Below are positions 1 to 9,158 of a DNA stretch of 64,000 nucleotides, one piece after another (positions within the stretch are counted from its first letter, which is position 1; each line of letters starts with the position of its first letter). The notes under the pieces were generated by a model, which searched no databases, was not told where the DNA came from, and saw only the letters and a list, made by a program, of their open reading frames with translations. The stretch is from an uncultured Candidatus Binatia bacterium (GTDB lineage Bacteria > Desulfobacterota > Binatia > UBA9968 > JAJDTQ01), in assembly GCA_964291295.2 (NCBI GenBank), contig OZ219754.1, forward strand, positions 3,104,001-3,168,000, given 5' to 3'. The position numbers and the translations under genes are program-made.

Positions 1-17
1 TCCGGCAGGTTCCGGCC

Positions 18-1187
18 GTGGGCACCGAGGCCGCCGATACCGTCGCGGCCCGGGGCCGCGTGCTGGCCGAGGAGCTGCGTTCCCCGGTCGACCTGCCCCA
101 CTTCAACCGGGCGGCCATGGACGGCTACGCCGTCATGGCCCGGGACACCTTCGGGGCCAGCGCCGCGCTGCCGGCCTGCCTCAGGCTTGCCGGGACGGTG
201 GAGATGGGCCAGGAGGTCACCCGCCGCATGGAACCGCACGAGGCCATGCGCATCTCCACCGGCGGCATGCTCCCGCCCGGCGGCGATGCCGTGGTGATGG
301 TGGAGCACACCGAGGAGACCGGCGACGGCATGGTGGAGATCCATCGGAGCGCCCCGCCCTGGCTCAACGTGATCCAGGTGGGAGACGATATCCGCAAGGG
401 CGAACCGGTCTTCCCGCGGGGCCGGCGGCTTCGGGCCCACGACCTCGGCGCGCTGACCGGCATCGGGGTCGCGTCGGTGCCGGTCTACAGAAAACCGCGC
501 GTGACCCTGGTATCCACCGGCGACGAGATCGTCCCGGTGCACCGGGAGCCGCGCCCCGGACAGGTACGCAACATCAACCAGCATTCCCTGGCGGGGCTTG
601 TCGCCGAATGCGGTGCGGTGTTGAACGATCTCGGCGTTGTCGCCGACAATCCGCGGGAACTGCGCGAGGCGCTGATCACGGGCCTGGACTGGGGCGATCT
701 CGTGCTCCTGTCCGGCGGCAGTTCCATGGGAACCCGCGACGTGGCGCTGGAAGTCATCCGCTCGCTGCCCGACGCCAGAATCCGCTTCCACGGCATCTCC
801 ATCAGTCCGGGCAAACCCACCCTTTATGCCGAGGCGGCCGGGAAGCCCGTGCTCGGCCTGCCCGGGTATCCGGTTTCCGCCCTCGTCATCTTCGATCTGT
901 TCGCCGCACCGCTGATACGGACGCTGGGAGGCGAGGGGGCTGCGGCCGCGCCGTTTTTCCGCGGCACCGCAAGGGCCGTCCTCGCCACCAACATCTCTTC
1001 ACGGACCGGCCGGGAGGACTACGTGCGGGTCACCCTGGAACACAGGGACGGAACCCTCCGCGCCGCGCCGTTGCCGGGCAAGTCCGGAGCCATCTTCACC
1101 CTGGTCAAGGCCGACGGCATGGTCCGCATCGACCTTGACCGCGAGGGCCTGGAACAAGGGGAAGAGGTGGAAGTGGCGCTGTTCTGA
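18..1187 (+). CDS. moeA: Molybdopterin molybdotransferase MoeA (probably 5'-truncated by the window edge)
   Basis: Motifs RAAMDGYAV, STGGMLPPGGDAVVMVE, STGDE, SGGSS, PGKP and GLPGYPVS. The frame is open from the window start. Confidence 0.93.
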   Translation: MGTEAADTVAARGRVLAEELRSPVDLPHFNRAAMDGYAVMARDTFGASAALPACLRLAGTVEMGQEVTRRMEPHEAMRISTGGMLPPGGDAVVMVEHTEETGDGMVEIHRSAPPWLNVIQVGDDIRKGEPVFPRGRRLRAHDLGALTGIGVASVPVYRKPRVTLVSTGDEIVPVHREPRPGQVRNINQHSLAGLVAECGAVLNDLGVVADNPRELREALITGLDWGDLVLLSGGSSMGTRDVALEVIRSLPDARIRFHGISISPGKPTLYAEAAGKPVLGLPGYPVSALVIFDLFAAPLIRTLGGEGAAAAPFFRGTARAVLATNISSRTGREDYVRVTLEHRDGTLRAAPLPGKSGAIFTLVKADGMVRIDLDREGLEQGEEVEVALF

Positions 1188-1188
1188 C

Positions 1189-3123
1189 ATGGCACGGAAA
1201 CGCTACCTCAGGAAGACCCCCCTGGAGCGGGCGCGGCAGGCGTTCCTGGACGCCGTTGACGGCAGCCCCCTGGAGGACGAGACGGTGGCTGTCGGCGAGG
1301 CGCTCCACCGGATCACCGCCGAGCCCGTGTTCGCCAGGATCTCGTCGCCCCACTACCACGGGTCGGCCATGGACGGGATCTGCGTAAGCGCGGAGGATAC
1401 CTTCGGTGCCACGGAGTTCTCCCCCCGGCAACTCCGGCCATTGACCGGCGAAGCCCGGGCCGATGGATGCTTCGCCTACCTGGACACCGGCCAGCCGCTG
1501 CCGTCCTGGGCCAACGCGGTGATCATGATCGAGAAGGTGCGGGAGCTCGAAGATGGCACCGTGTCCATCGACGAAGCGGCGGCGCCGTGGCAGAACGTGC
1601 GCCTGGCGGGCGAGGACGTGGTGGCCACCGAGTTGCTGCTGCCGCGGAACCATCGCCTGCGGCCCCATGACATGGGGGCCGTGCTGGCGGCGGGCCATAC
1701 CACCCTTCGCGTCAAGGCGCGTCCCCGGGTGGCCCTCATTCCCACGGGTGACGAGATCACCGCTCCCGGGGCAGCACCCCGCCCGGGACAGGTCATCGAT
1801 TTCAACTCCACCGTGCTGGCCGCCATGGTAGCCGAGTGCGGCGGCGCGGCGCAGACCTTTCCGGCCGTCGCCGACGACCCGGCGCTCCTGAAACGCGCGC
1901 TTGCGGACGCCCTCGAGGACCACCACCTGGCGGCCCTCATCGCCGGATCGTCCGCGGGCGCGCGGGACTTCACCGCGGCGGTGATCGACGACGCGGGCGA
2001 ACTGCTGGCGCACGGCATCGAAGTCATGCCCGGCAAGCCCGCGGTCCTGGGCGTGGTCGGCGGCAAGCCAGTCATGGGCATCCCCGGCTACCCCGTGTCC
2101 GCCATCGTCATCGCCCGCGAACTCCTCCAGCCGGCACTGCGGCGAATGCTGGGCACGGACCCCGGCGCCCCGGCGGAGGTCCGTGCCGTGGCGCCGCGAA
2201 AGATCCCCTCGCGACTGGGCCTGGAGGAGTTCGTCCGGGTCACGCTGGGAAAGGTCGATGACCGGCTCATGGCCGTTCCGCTGGCGCGCGGCGCGGGGGT
2301 CATCCACACCATGGTGCGGGCCGACGGATTCCTGCGCATTCCGGGGAGAGTGGAGGGGATCAACGCCGGCGAGGAGATCACCGTCGAACTGCTGCGGTCG
2401 CCCGGGGAGATCGCGCATACGGTGCTCTGCACCGGCAGCCACGACCTCTCCATCAGCGTGCTGGAAGACCAGCTCAAGTGCCGGGACCCGCGGTTCAGGA
2501 TCGCCACGGCCAACGTCGGCAGCCTCGGCGGACTGCATTCCATCCGGCGCGCCGAGACGCACATGGCCGGCACCCACCTGCTGGACCCCGCCACCGGCGC
2601 GTACAACATTCCGGACCTCCGGCGCGTGCTCCCGGATGTGCCGGTGGTGCTCGTGCACTGCGTCAGACGCCGCCAGGGCCTGCTGGTGCCCCGGGGCAAT
2701 CCCCTGGGGCTGTCGAGCATCGCCGACCTGGGGAGCCGGGCGCTGCGGTTCGTCAACCGGCAGCCCGGCTCGGGCACCCGCGTGCTGCTGGACTACAATC
2801 TCGCGCAACTCGGCATCGAAACCACCGCGGTCAGGGGATACGAACACGAGGCGTTCACCCACATGGCGGTGGCGGTGGCCGTGGCCAGCGGTCTGGCGGA
2901 CACCGGCCTGGGGATTCTTTCCGCCGCCAATGCGCTGGAACTGGACTTCATTCCGGTGGGCGACGAGCAGTACGACCTGGTGCTGCGGCGGTCGTTCCAC
3001 GACTCGCCGGCAGGCGCCGCGCTGCTGGCGGTCCTCCGCTCCGCCGGATTCCGGCAGGCGATGGAATCCCTCGGCGGCTACGACACCGGCACCAGCGGCG
3101 ACATCCTGTACGAGCAGGGATAG
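1189..3123 (+). CDS. moeA: MoeA fused to a C-terminal periplasmic-binding-protein-like domain
   Basis: ATG 1 nt after the upstream stop. MoeA motifs SAMDG, PTGDE, PGKP, GIPGYPVS, then a PBP-like domain (GSHD, VGSLGG, NRQPGSGTR). Confidence 0.9.
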   Translation: MARKRYLRKTPLERARQAFLDAVDGSPLEDETVAVGEALHRITAEPVFARISSPHYHGSAMDGICVSAEDTFGATEFSPRQLRPLTGEARADGCFAYLDTGQPLPSWANAVIMIEKVRELEDGTVSIDEAAAPWQNVRLAGEDVVATELLLPRNHRLRPHDMGAVLAAGHTTLRVKARPRVALIPTGDEITAPGAAPRPGQVIDFNSTVLAAMVAECGGAAQTFPAVADDPALLKRALADALEDHHLAALIAGSSAGARDFTAAVIDDAGELLAHGIEVMPGKPAVLGVVGGKPVMGIPGYPVSAIVIARELLQPALRRMLGTDPGAPAEVRAVAPRKIPSRLGLEEFVRVTLGKVDDRLMAVPLARGAGVIHTMVRADGFLRIPGRVEGINAGEEITVELLRSPGEIAHTVLCTGSHDLSISVLEDQLKCRDPRFRIATANVGSLGGLHSIRRAETHMAGTHLLDPATGAYNIPDLRRVLPDVPVVLVHCVRRRQGLLVPRGNPLGLSSIADLGSRALRFVNRQPGSGTRVLLDYNLAQLGIETTAVRGYEHEAFTHMAVAVAVASGLADTGLGILSAANALELDFIPVGDEQYDLVLRRSFHDSPAGAALLAVLRSAGFRQAMESLGGYDTGTSGDILYEQG

Positions 3124-3223
3124 GAACAGGCGGTCCATCCACCGGCGCGGCGGCGCCTCCCGGTGGGCGCATCGGGCGGGGCGGGCATCGGGCGGGCTGG
3201 ATACGGAAGCGGGTCCGGGGTGC

Positions 3224-3310
3224 TGGTGCCGGGAGCCGGACTTGAACCGGCACAGGCCAAGGCCCGCGGGATTTTAAGTCCCGTGTGTCTACCCATTCCA
3301 CCATCCCGGC
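3224..3310 (-). tRNA. tRNA-Leu(UAA)
   Basis: Reverse complement GCCGGGATGGTGGAATGGGTAGACACACGGGAC-TTAAAA-TCCCGCGGGCCTTGGCCTGTGCCGGTTCAAGTCCGGCTCCCGGCACCA: anticodon TAA, long variable arm, encoded CCA. Confidence 0.96.
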
Positions 3311-3408
3311 GCAACACGTCTCCATAACTTCCGTCCATCCCTTCGTCAACCGGAGACTCCCGCGGCCGCGCACACGACCCGTTCCCTTGCGTGGCACCCG
3401 GCACTTCG

Positions 3409-3446
3409 CTACCGTGGTCCGTGAGATCTACCGTGGTCCGTGAGAT
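3409..3446. repeat. Exact 19-nt tandem duplication (CTACCGTGGTCCGTGAGAT x2) upstream of the grdB-like gene
   Basis: Copies at 3409-3427 and 3428-3446. Confidence 0.95.
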
Positions 3447-3475
3447 CGGGTCAGCCAATGGCAGGGAGGCCAGGC

Positions 3476-4804
3476 ATGAAGCGCGTGGCACACGTCGTGA
3501 ACCAGTTCTTTGCCGGCATCGGCGGGGAGGAAAAGGCGGATGCCGTTCCGGGGATCCTCGATACCCTGGCGGGACCGTCGCGCGGCCTGCAAGGGCGGCT
3601 GCAGGGCGAGGCGACGGTGGCTCCCACCATCCACTTCGGCGACAACCACTTCCACGAACGGGCCGCGGAGGCACGGGCGGCCCTCCTGCGCGCGGTCGCG
3701 GCTGCGGAGCCGGACATCGTCGTGCTGGGTCCGGCGTTCAATGCCGGGCGCTACGGCCTCGCCTGCGTCGAGATCGGGCACCGGGTGACCACCGAGTTGG
3801 AGCGCGTGTGCGTAACCGCCATGCACGAGGACAATCCGGCGGTGGAAACGTACCGGCGATACCATAACCCCGGGCTGTTCCTCCTGCCCACAACGGAGAC
3901 GGCCGCGGGCATGGGCAAGGCCCTCGACGATCTCGGCCGTTTCATTGCCAGGCGGCTGCGCGGCGAGCCCCCGGGCACCGCCGGGGACGAGGGCTATCTG
4001 CCGCGGGGAATCCGGACCCAGGTGCGGAGTGGCCGGACCGGCGCCGACCGCGCCCTGGCCATGCTGCTCGACAAGCTGGAGGGAAAGCCCTTCGCCACCG
4101 AAATACCCGTCCGGAACTGGGACCGGGTGGCGCCCGCGGCCGCGGTCAAACGCCTCGACAAGGCCAGGGTCGCGCTGGTCACCACCAGCGGGGTGGTGCC
4201 GTGGGGCAATCCGGACGGCTTCAAGACCTTCCGCAACACGTTCTGGCGCAAGTATCCGGTGGCGGAGTTGAAGACCATGGAGCCGGGCATGTGGGAGGCG
4301 GTGCACGGCGGCTACAACGTCGCCGACATGAACACCAACCCACTCTACGGCGTTCCGCTGGACGCGCTGCGGGAGCTCCGGCACGAGGGCCGATACGAGG
4401 ATCTCTACCCCGCCTACTACGTCATACCCGGCAACCAGGGCTCGCCCTCGGCCATGCAGCGGGTGGGACGGGAGATCGCCGCGGAACTCAAGGCCAACAG
4501 CGTGGACGCGGCGCTGCTGGTCAGCACGTGAGGGACCTGCAGTCGCAGCGGAGCTGTGATCAGCAAGGAGTTGGACCGTGCCGGAGTTCCCGTGTCGATG
4601 ATCAGTGCCATGTTCCCTCTGGCGGAGCAGGTGGGCGCCAACCGCATCGTCAAGGGCGTCCGGATTCCCCATCCCTGCGGCGACCCGGGCCTGCCGTCGG
4701 AGGTCGACGGAAAACTGCGCAAGGCCATCGTCGAGACCGCTCTCAAGGCCCTTGAGGAAGACGTCGACGGGAGCACCGTGTTCACCCCGGACGCAGCGTC
4801 ATGA
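3476..4804 (+). CDS. grdB: Glycine/sarcosine/betaine reductase selenoprotein B family (GrdB/GrdH-like); Sec at in-frame TGA 4529-4531
   Basis: N-terminus MKRVAHVVNQFFAGIGGEEKA, motifs GPAFNAGRYG and ALVTTSGVVP. ORFs 3440-4531 and 4556-4804 share a frame and join as VST-U-GTCSRSGA...GANRIV...IPHPCGDP, 442 aa. RBS GGAGG upstream. Confidence 0.92.
4536..4568 (+). promoter_or_regulatory. Putative bacterial SECIS hairpin
   Basis: TCGCAGC (4543-4549) pairs with GCTGTGA (4553-4559) around a GGA loop 18 nt after the UGA; lower stem CCTGC/GCAAGG. Confidence 0.75.
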
Positions 4805-6126
4805 GCAGCGGCCGGCACGGCACGCCGCTGGAGTTGGCGGAATTTCCCGTGAACGAGCTTCGGTCGGGCGGCGCGTTGCGATACCGCGGCCGGACCCTGG
4901 AGGTGGACGAGGCGGCGTTGGCGGAAACCGCTTCACGGGATCCCGGAGTCCTGTCCGCCAGGCTCGACATCATCCGGCCTGGCGAGCGGGTACGGGTCAC
5001 CGGGATTCGCGACATCGTGGAGCCCAGGGTCAAGGTGGCCGGCGGCGGTCAGGTGTTTCCCGGGATCACCAATCCGGTGGCCGCCGTGGGGGCCGGCCGC
5101 ACTCATCGGTTGTCCGGCATGACCCTCACCACCACCGCGGCGTACGAGGGCACCATCCGCACCGGCACCACGGCCCCGCGCAGCGCCATCCTCGACATGT
5201 GGGGACCGGGGTCCGAGCTTACCGGATTCAGCCGCCTCCCGAGCCTGGTCCTCACCCTCGCGCTCTCCCCGGACCTGATCGAGGCCGAGGCGCACCAGGC
5301 GATACAGGCCGCCGAGTACCGGGTGGCCCAGCGGCTGGCGGAAACCACGGTGGAGGCCAGGCCCGCGTCCATCGAGACCCACGGAGCGGCACACGGAAAC
5401 CCGGACCTGCCCAGGGCCGTGCTCATCGTCGGCTGCATCACCGAATCGGAGCACCGGCCGTCAGGCCTGGGATATTACGGGCTGCCGGTGCGTGAGTCGC
5501 TGTCCACGGTGGCCCACCCCAACGAGTTGCTGGACGGCGCGGTCACCGGCAATACCCTGAAGAGCATCGCCTACTACCCCACCACCTGGGACTGGCAGAA
5601 CCAGCCCCTGGCCCTGAGCTTGTCCCGGGAGCACGGCCGCCGGCTCGATTTCGCCGGCGTCATCCTGCTGCGTATCGGCTTCGGAAGGTTCCAGGAGAAG
5701 GAGGTGGCCGCGCACAACGCGGCCCAGGTGGCTGGCGCCCTTGGAGCGAAGGCCGCCCTGGTCACCTGGATCGGTTCCGGCAATGCCTTTATGGAAGTGA
5801 TGCTGGCGGTGCGCGCCTGCGAGCGGAAAGGCATCCGGACCGTGCTGGTTACCTACGAGTATGGCGGCAGGGACGGCGTGGACTCACCGCTGCTTTTCTA
5901 CGACGCCTGCGCCGACGCGGTGGTGAGCACCGGCAGCCGCGACCGCACCCTGGAACTGCCTCCGGCGGACCGGGTGGTGGGGGGGTATGAACGGCTTCAG
6001 GTTCTCAACTACCCCGGCGCACCGGTGGTGCCGGCCGCCGGCGCCATCCACCTCGACGCGGTCGACGCCATCATCGGCGGCACCGATCTCTGGGGCGGCC
6101 GGGACTGGACCTGCCGGGCGCACTGA
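4801..6126 (+). CDS. Glycine/sarcosine/betaine reductase component B proprotein (GrdE/GrdI-like)
   Basis: ATGA overlap with grdB. Motifs DIVEPRVKV, VGAGRTHRL, ILDMWGPG, HPNELLDGAV, ACERKGIRTV and ADAVVSTG. Confidence 0.85.
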   Translation: MSSGRHGTPLELAEFPVNELRSGGALRYRGRTLEVDEAALAETASRDPGVLSARLDIIRPGERVRVTGIRDIVEPRVKVAGGGQVFPGITNPVAAVGAGRTHRLSGMTLTTTAAYEGTIRTGTTAPRSAILDMWGPGSELTGFSRLPSLVLTLALSPDLIEAEAHQAIQAAEYRVAQRLAETTVEARPASIETHGAAHGNPDLPRAVLIVGCITESEHRPSGLGYYGLPVRESLSTVAHPNELLDGAVTGNTLKSIAYYPTTWDWQNQPLALSLSREHGRRLDFAGVILLRIGFGRFQEKEVAAHNAAQVAGALGAKAALVTWIGSGNAFMEVMLAVRACERKGIRTVLVTYEYGGRDGVDSPLLFYDACADAVVSTGSRDRTLELPPADRVVGGYERLQVLNYPGAPVVPAAGAIHLDAVDAIIGGTDLWGGRDWTCRAH

Positions 6127-6223
6127 GCATGCGCACCGGGCTCGCAGACTCCGACAGAGTCATCATCGATATCAGGGAGCACTGACGCGAAACCGCTCCG
6201 GACAACGCTTCCAGGCACACGGC

Positions 6224-6472
6224 ATGGCAACACGACGACGGCTACGCAGAAGAACGCGACGGAAGAGGAGCCGCCGCGCGTGGCTCCTGGTTCCGGCGAT
6301 CATCCTGGCAGTGATGCTGGGGTGGCTGTACCGGATCGAGATCGTGAACCTCGCCACCTTCCGGTTCAGCGGGATCGACTTCAGCCGGCAGCCCGCGGGC
6401 ACTTCCGAGGGCGTTGCCCCGATCACGGAGAAGGAGCGCCGGGAACTGGAGGGGATCCTCAAGAACCGCTGA
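6224..6472 (+). CDS. Small hypothetical single-pass membrane protein with Arg-rich N-terminus
   Basis: MATRRRLRRRTRRKRSRR followed by hydrophobic AWLLVPAIILAVMLGWLY; GC-type codon usage. Confidence 0.6.
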   Translation: MATRRRLRRRTRRKRSRRAWLLVPAIILAVMLGWLYRIEIVNLATFRFSGIDFSRQPAGTSEGVAPITEKERRELEGILKNR

Positions 6473-6501
6473 TCCGGGAGGCTCCGCCGCCACCACTGGC
6501 G

Positions 6502-7581
6502 CTACAGCCCACCGGGCAGACTGTAGAAACGCTGGGCGTTGCGTGACAACACCGCGGTCTTGTCCTCTTCGGTGAGGTCTTCGCTCTCGATGACCTCGCC
6601 CAGTTCTTCCTTGCAGAACTCGTTGTTCACCTCGTGGGGAAAGTCCGAGGAGTAGACCCAAGGCTTGTTCCCCACGGTCTTGATGGCGTGGGCCAGATCC
6701 GGTTCGTGGCCCTCGCAGCCGACGAAAATCCGACCGCCCTCGATGTGCCGCCGGCAGTACTGGCTGACGCTCTCGCCCTTCTCGAGTTGCAGGAACTCGG
6801 CCCGGGGGTCGTGCTGGATGTGCGTTTCGTAGGAGCGGTCGAAGCGCTCGAGACACATGAGCAGCCAGGCGACGCCCCCCTCCAGGAAACCGATGCGCAG
6901 GTTGGGATACTTGTCGAAAATGCCGTTGAAGACGATGCCGCCGAAGGAGATCATCTGTCCGAACGGATGGCCGAGGGCGTGCACCGGGGCGTACGGATGG
7001 AGGTCATCCATGCCCAGGTTCTCGTGCGCGCCGCCGTGGATGCCCAGGCAGCAACCCAGCCGGTCGGCCTCCTGGTAGATGGGCCAGTAGTACTTGTGGC
7101 CGAGATGCAACTGGATGCCGGTGGAGGGCAGCATGGCGCCGCACATCCCCAGCTCCTCCACCGCCCGGCGCAGCTCCTTCACCGCCTCGTCCGGCTCCTG
7201 AAGCGGAATCAGAGCCACCGCCTGGAACCTCGGACTCTTGCTGACGTAGTTCTCGGCAATCCAGTCATTGTAAGCGCGGGCCAGGTCGATGGCCCAGTCC
7301 TGGCTCACCACCTTGCCGTAGGACAGGCCCACGGTGGGATAGAGGACCGTCCGGTCGATGCCGACGTCCTCCAGAAACTCCACCCAGCCGTCGAAGCCCA
7401 CCTGCTGGAATGAACCCTCCGGAAGCTTGTGCGCGTTGGCCGAATGCAGGTGGTCCAGCGGCGGGAACGGGTTGGACCAGCGCATCTGTTCCCGCACCGC
7501 CTTGGGAAAGCGGCTCGTGATGGCCGCCATGTCCTCCACGACGTGACCGTCGCCGTCAATGATCTGATACTTGTTTGCCAT
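6502..7581 (-). CDS. Amidohydrolase family protein (amidohydro_2)
   Basis: Motifs IIDGDGH, ARAYNDW, IHGG, FLEGGVAW, SSDFPH and NAQRFY. Confidence 0.88.
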   Translation of the reverse strand: MANKYQIIDGDGHVVEDMAAITSRFPKAVREQMRWSNPFPPLDHLHSANAHKLPEGSFQQVGFDGWVEFLEDVGIDRTVLYPTVGLSYGKVVSQDWAIDLARAYNDWIAENYVSKSPRFQAVALIPLQEPDEAVKELRRAVEELGMCGAMLPSTGIQLHLGHKYYWPIYQEADRLGCCLGIHGGAHENLGMDDLHPYAPVHALGHPFGQMISFGGIVFNGIFDKYPNLRIGFLEGGVAWLLMCLERFDRSYETHIQHDPRAEFLQLEKGESVSQYCRRHIEGGRIFVGCEGHEPDLAHAIKTVGNKPWVYSSDFPHEVNNEFCKEELGEVIESEDLTEEDKTAVLSRNAQRFYSLPGGL

Positions 7582-7776
7582 GGGTAACCTCCGGGTAGGC
7601 CCGTGTCGTGGTGTCCGCAGATCCGGCGCCGCTGGCGGGCAGGCCCTTTCGACGGACCCGCCCGCCAGCGGGCTCCGGGCATTGAGCGGGTCTTAGCCGG
7701 CTCCGCGGGAATTGTCAAGAATGCGCCGAGGCCGGCCAGTGGCCCGCCCGAGGCGACTCGTGCTAAGGACCATGCC

Positions 7777-9078
7777 ATGAGCAGCACCCGACGAACCGGC
7801 GACTGGTCGCCGCCCGACATCCTCTCCCGCCCCGAGGTGGTCAAACTGTCCGAAGAGACCCTGGCCCTACCCGACATGGCGATCGGGAACCGCGAGGACA
7901 TCTTCCGCATCCAGGCGCTGGACCTGGACTGGGACATCGGTACCATGACCTGCGAACCCGAGGACGCGGGCCGCGTGCCGAAAGTTGCGGACGGAAGGCG
8001 CGCGGGCATCTTCCTGCTGCACGGCGGCACATCGGACTACAAGTCCCTGGAGCCGGTGGCCCGGATGATGGCCGCAAAATACGGCTTCAAGGTGACGCTG
8101 ATGACCTTTCCCGGGCGCCTGTACCTGCTGGACCCCTCCCGGGATTGGCCCGGCGACACCCTCGAACCCGACGGCACCGGCCGGACGCCGCTGTGGATCC
8201 GGGAGACCCGCATCACGCGCGACCAGTACCAGGTGGCCCGGGACGAGTCCCGGCGCGCCAGCTACGGCACCGTCCTGTCGCTGGCGGCCCGCGAGGGAAG
8301 CGAATTCTACCACCGCATGGCCGCCTGGCCCGCGGCCTTCGAGGAAGCGATGCGGGAGGCCTGCCGCCGGGAGTTTCCCGAGGCCGGGTATTCCCTGTAC
8401 GTCCACGGCCACTCCACCGGCGGACCCTTCGCCATGATCGCCGCGCAGCGGGTGGCCAATGTGGCCGGCGTCCTGGGGTACGGCTCGTCGACCTTCGGCT
8501 ACATCTACACCGCGGTCACCGGGGATCGGTGGAACTTGCCCTTCAACCACCTGCGGCTGCGGACTTGGCGCGACACCGCCCGCTACCTCCACGAAGGGCT
8601 CAAGGACAAGGGCTACGGCCTCCCCATGCTGATGGAACTTGCCATGGAGAAGTGGGAAGTGGAGAAGAGGCGCGCCAACTTCAAGGCCGAGGACTTCGTC
8701 CACAAGAACGGCGCCGGCGCGCTGGAACAGGCCGCGCGCGTCACCGCCCGCCGCCTTGGGTTGGGAGCGGCCGCCGAGCGGGAATTGGTGGGGCGCTATC
8801 TCGGATATCTGCGGGAGCTGGCCGGCCCCGGCGTCAAGCCGGTGCCGCCCGTGCTTTCGCTTCACGGTGTGGACGACGACACCGTCACCCTGCAGCGGTG
8901 TGGCGACTCCCGGCCGTTGTACGCCGCCATGAAGCCGGCGCCGAAGGTCGCCTGCGTCTCCCTGGGCGCCGGCGTCCATACCTGGGACCGCACCTGCGAG
9001 GATCTCCCGCGCGGCATCCTGCCGCCGGTGTGCCGGCTCTGGCACGACGCCATCGCGGGTGGCTACTTCGCGCCCTGA
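7777..9078 (+). CDS. Hypothetical alpha/beta-hydrolase-fold protein
   Basis: LLHGG, nucleophile elbow GHSTGG, HGVDD and a C-terminal GVH. Confidence 0.65.
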   Translation: MSSTRRTGDWSPPDILSRPEVVKLSEETLALPDMAIGNREDIFRIQALDLDWDIGTMTCEPEDAGRVPKVADGRRAGIFLLHGGTSDYKSLEPVARMMAAKYGFKVTLMTFPGRLYLLDPSRDWPGDTLEPDGTGRTPLWIRETRITRDQYQVARDESRRASYGTVLSLAAREGSEFYHRMAAWPAAFEEAMREACRREFPEAGYSLYVHGHSTGGPFAMIAAQRVANVAGVLGYGSSTFGYIYTAVTGDRWNLPFNHLRLRTWRDTARYLHEGLKDKGYGLPMLMELAMEKWEVEKRRANFKAEDFVHKNGAGALEQAARVTARRLGLGAAAERELVGRYLGYLRELAGPGVKPVPPVLSLHGVDDDTVTLQRCGDSRPLYAAMKPAPKVACVSLGAGVHTWDRTCEDLPRGILPPVCRLWHDAIAGGYFAP

Positions 9079-9092
9079 TTTCGCGCCCTGAT
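9067..9092. repeat. Exact 13-nt tandem duplication (TTCGCGCCCTGAT x2) spanning the stop codon
   Basis: Copies at 9067-9079 and 9080-9092. Confidence 0.9.
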
Positions 9093-9158
9093 CGTGCCGG
9101 CTCCGCCGGCTTCCGGGTATAGGGTTTCGTGACCGGACGTGAGTCAGACGGGAGAACC

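Noticed and set aside
3224-3310. bldA-like regulatory role for tRNA-Leu(UAA)
   Set aside because: TTA is rare in any GC-rich genome, and nothing in this window indicates regulatory use.
3440-4804. grdB as a nonsense pseudogene or two separate genes
   Set aside because: The TGA falls at the family's Sec position, with a SECIS-like hairpin and selC present.
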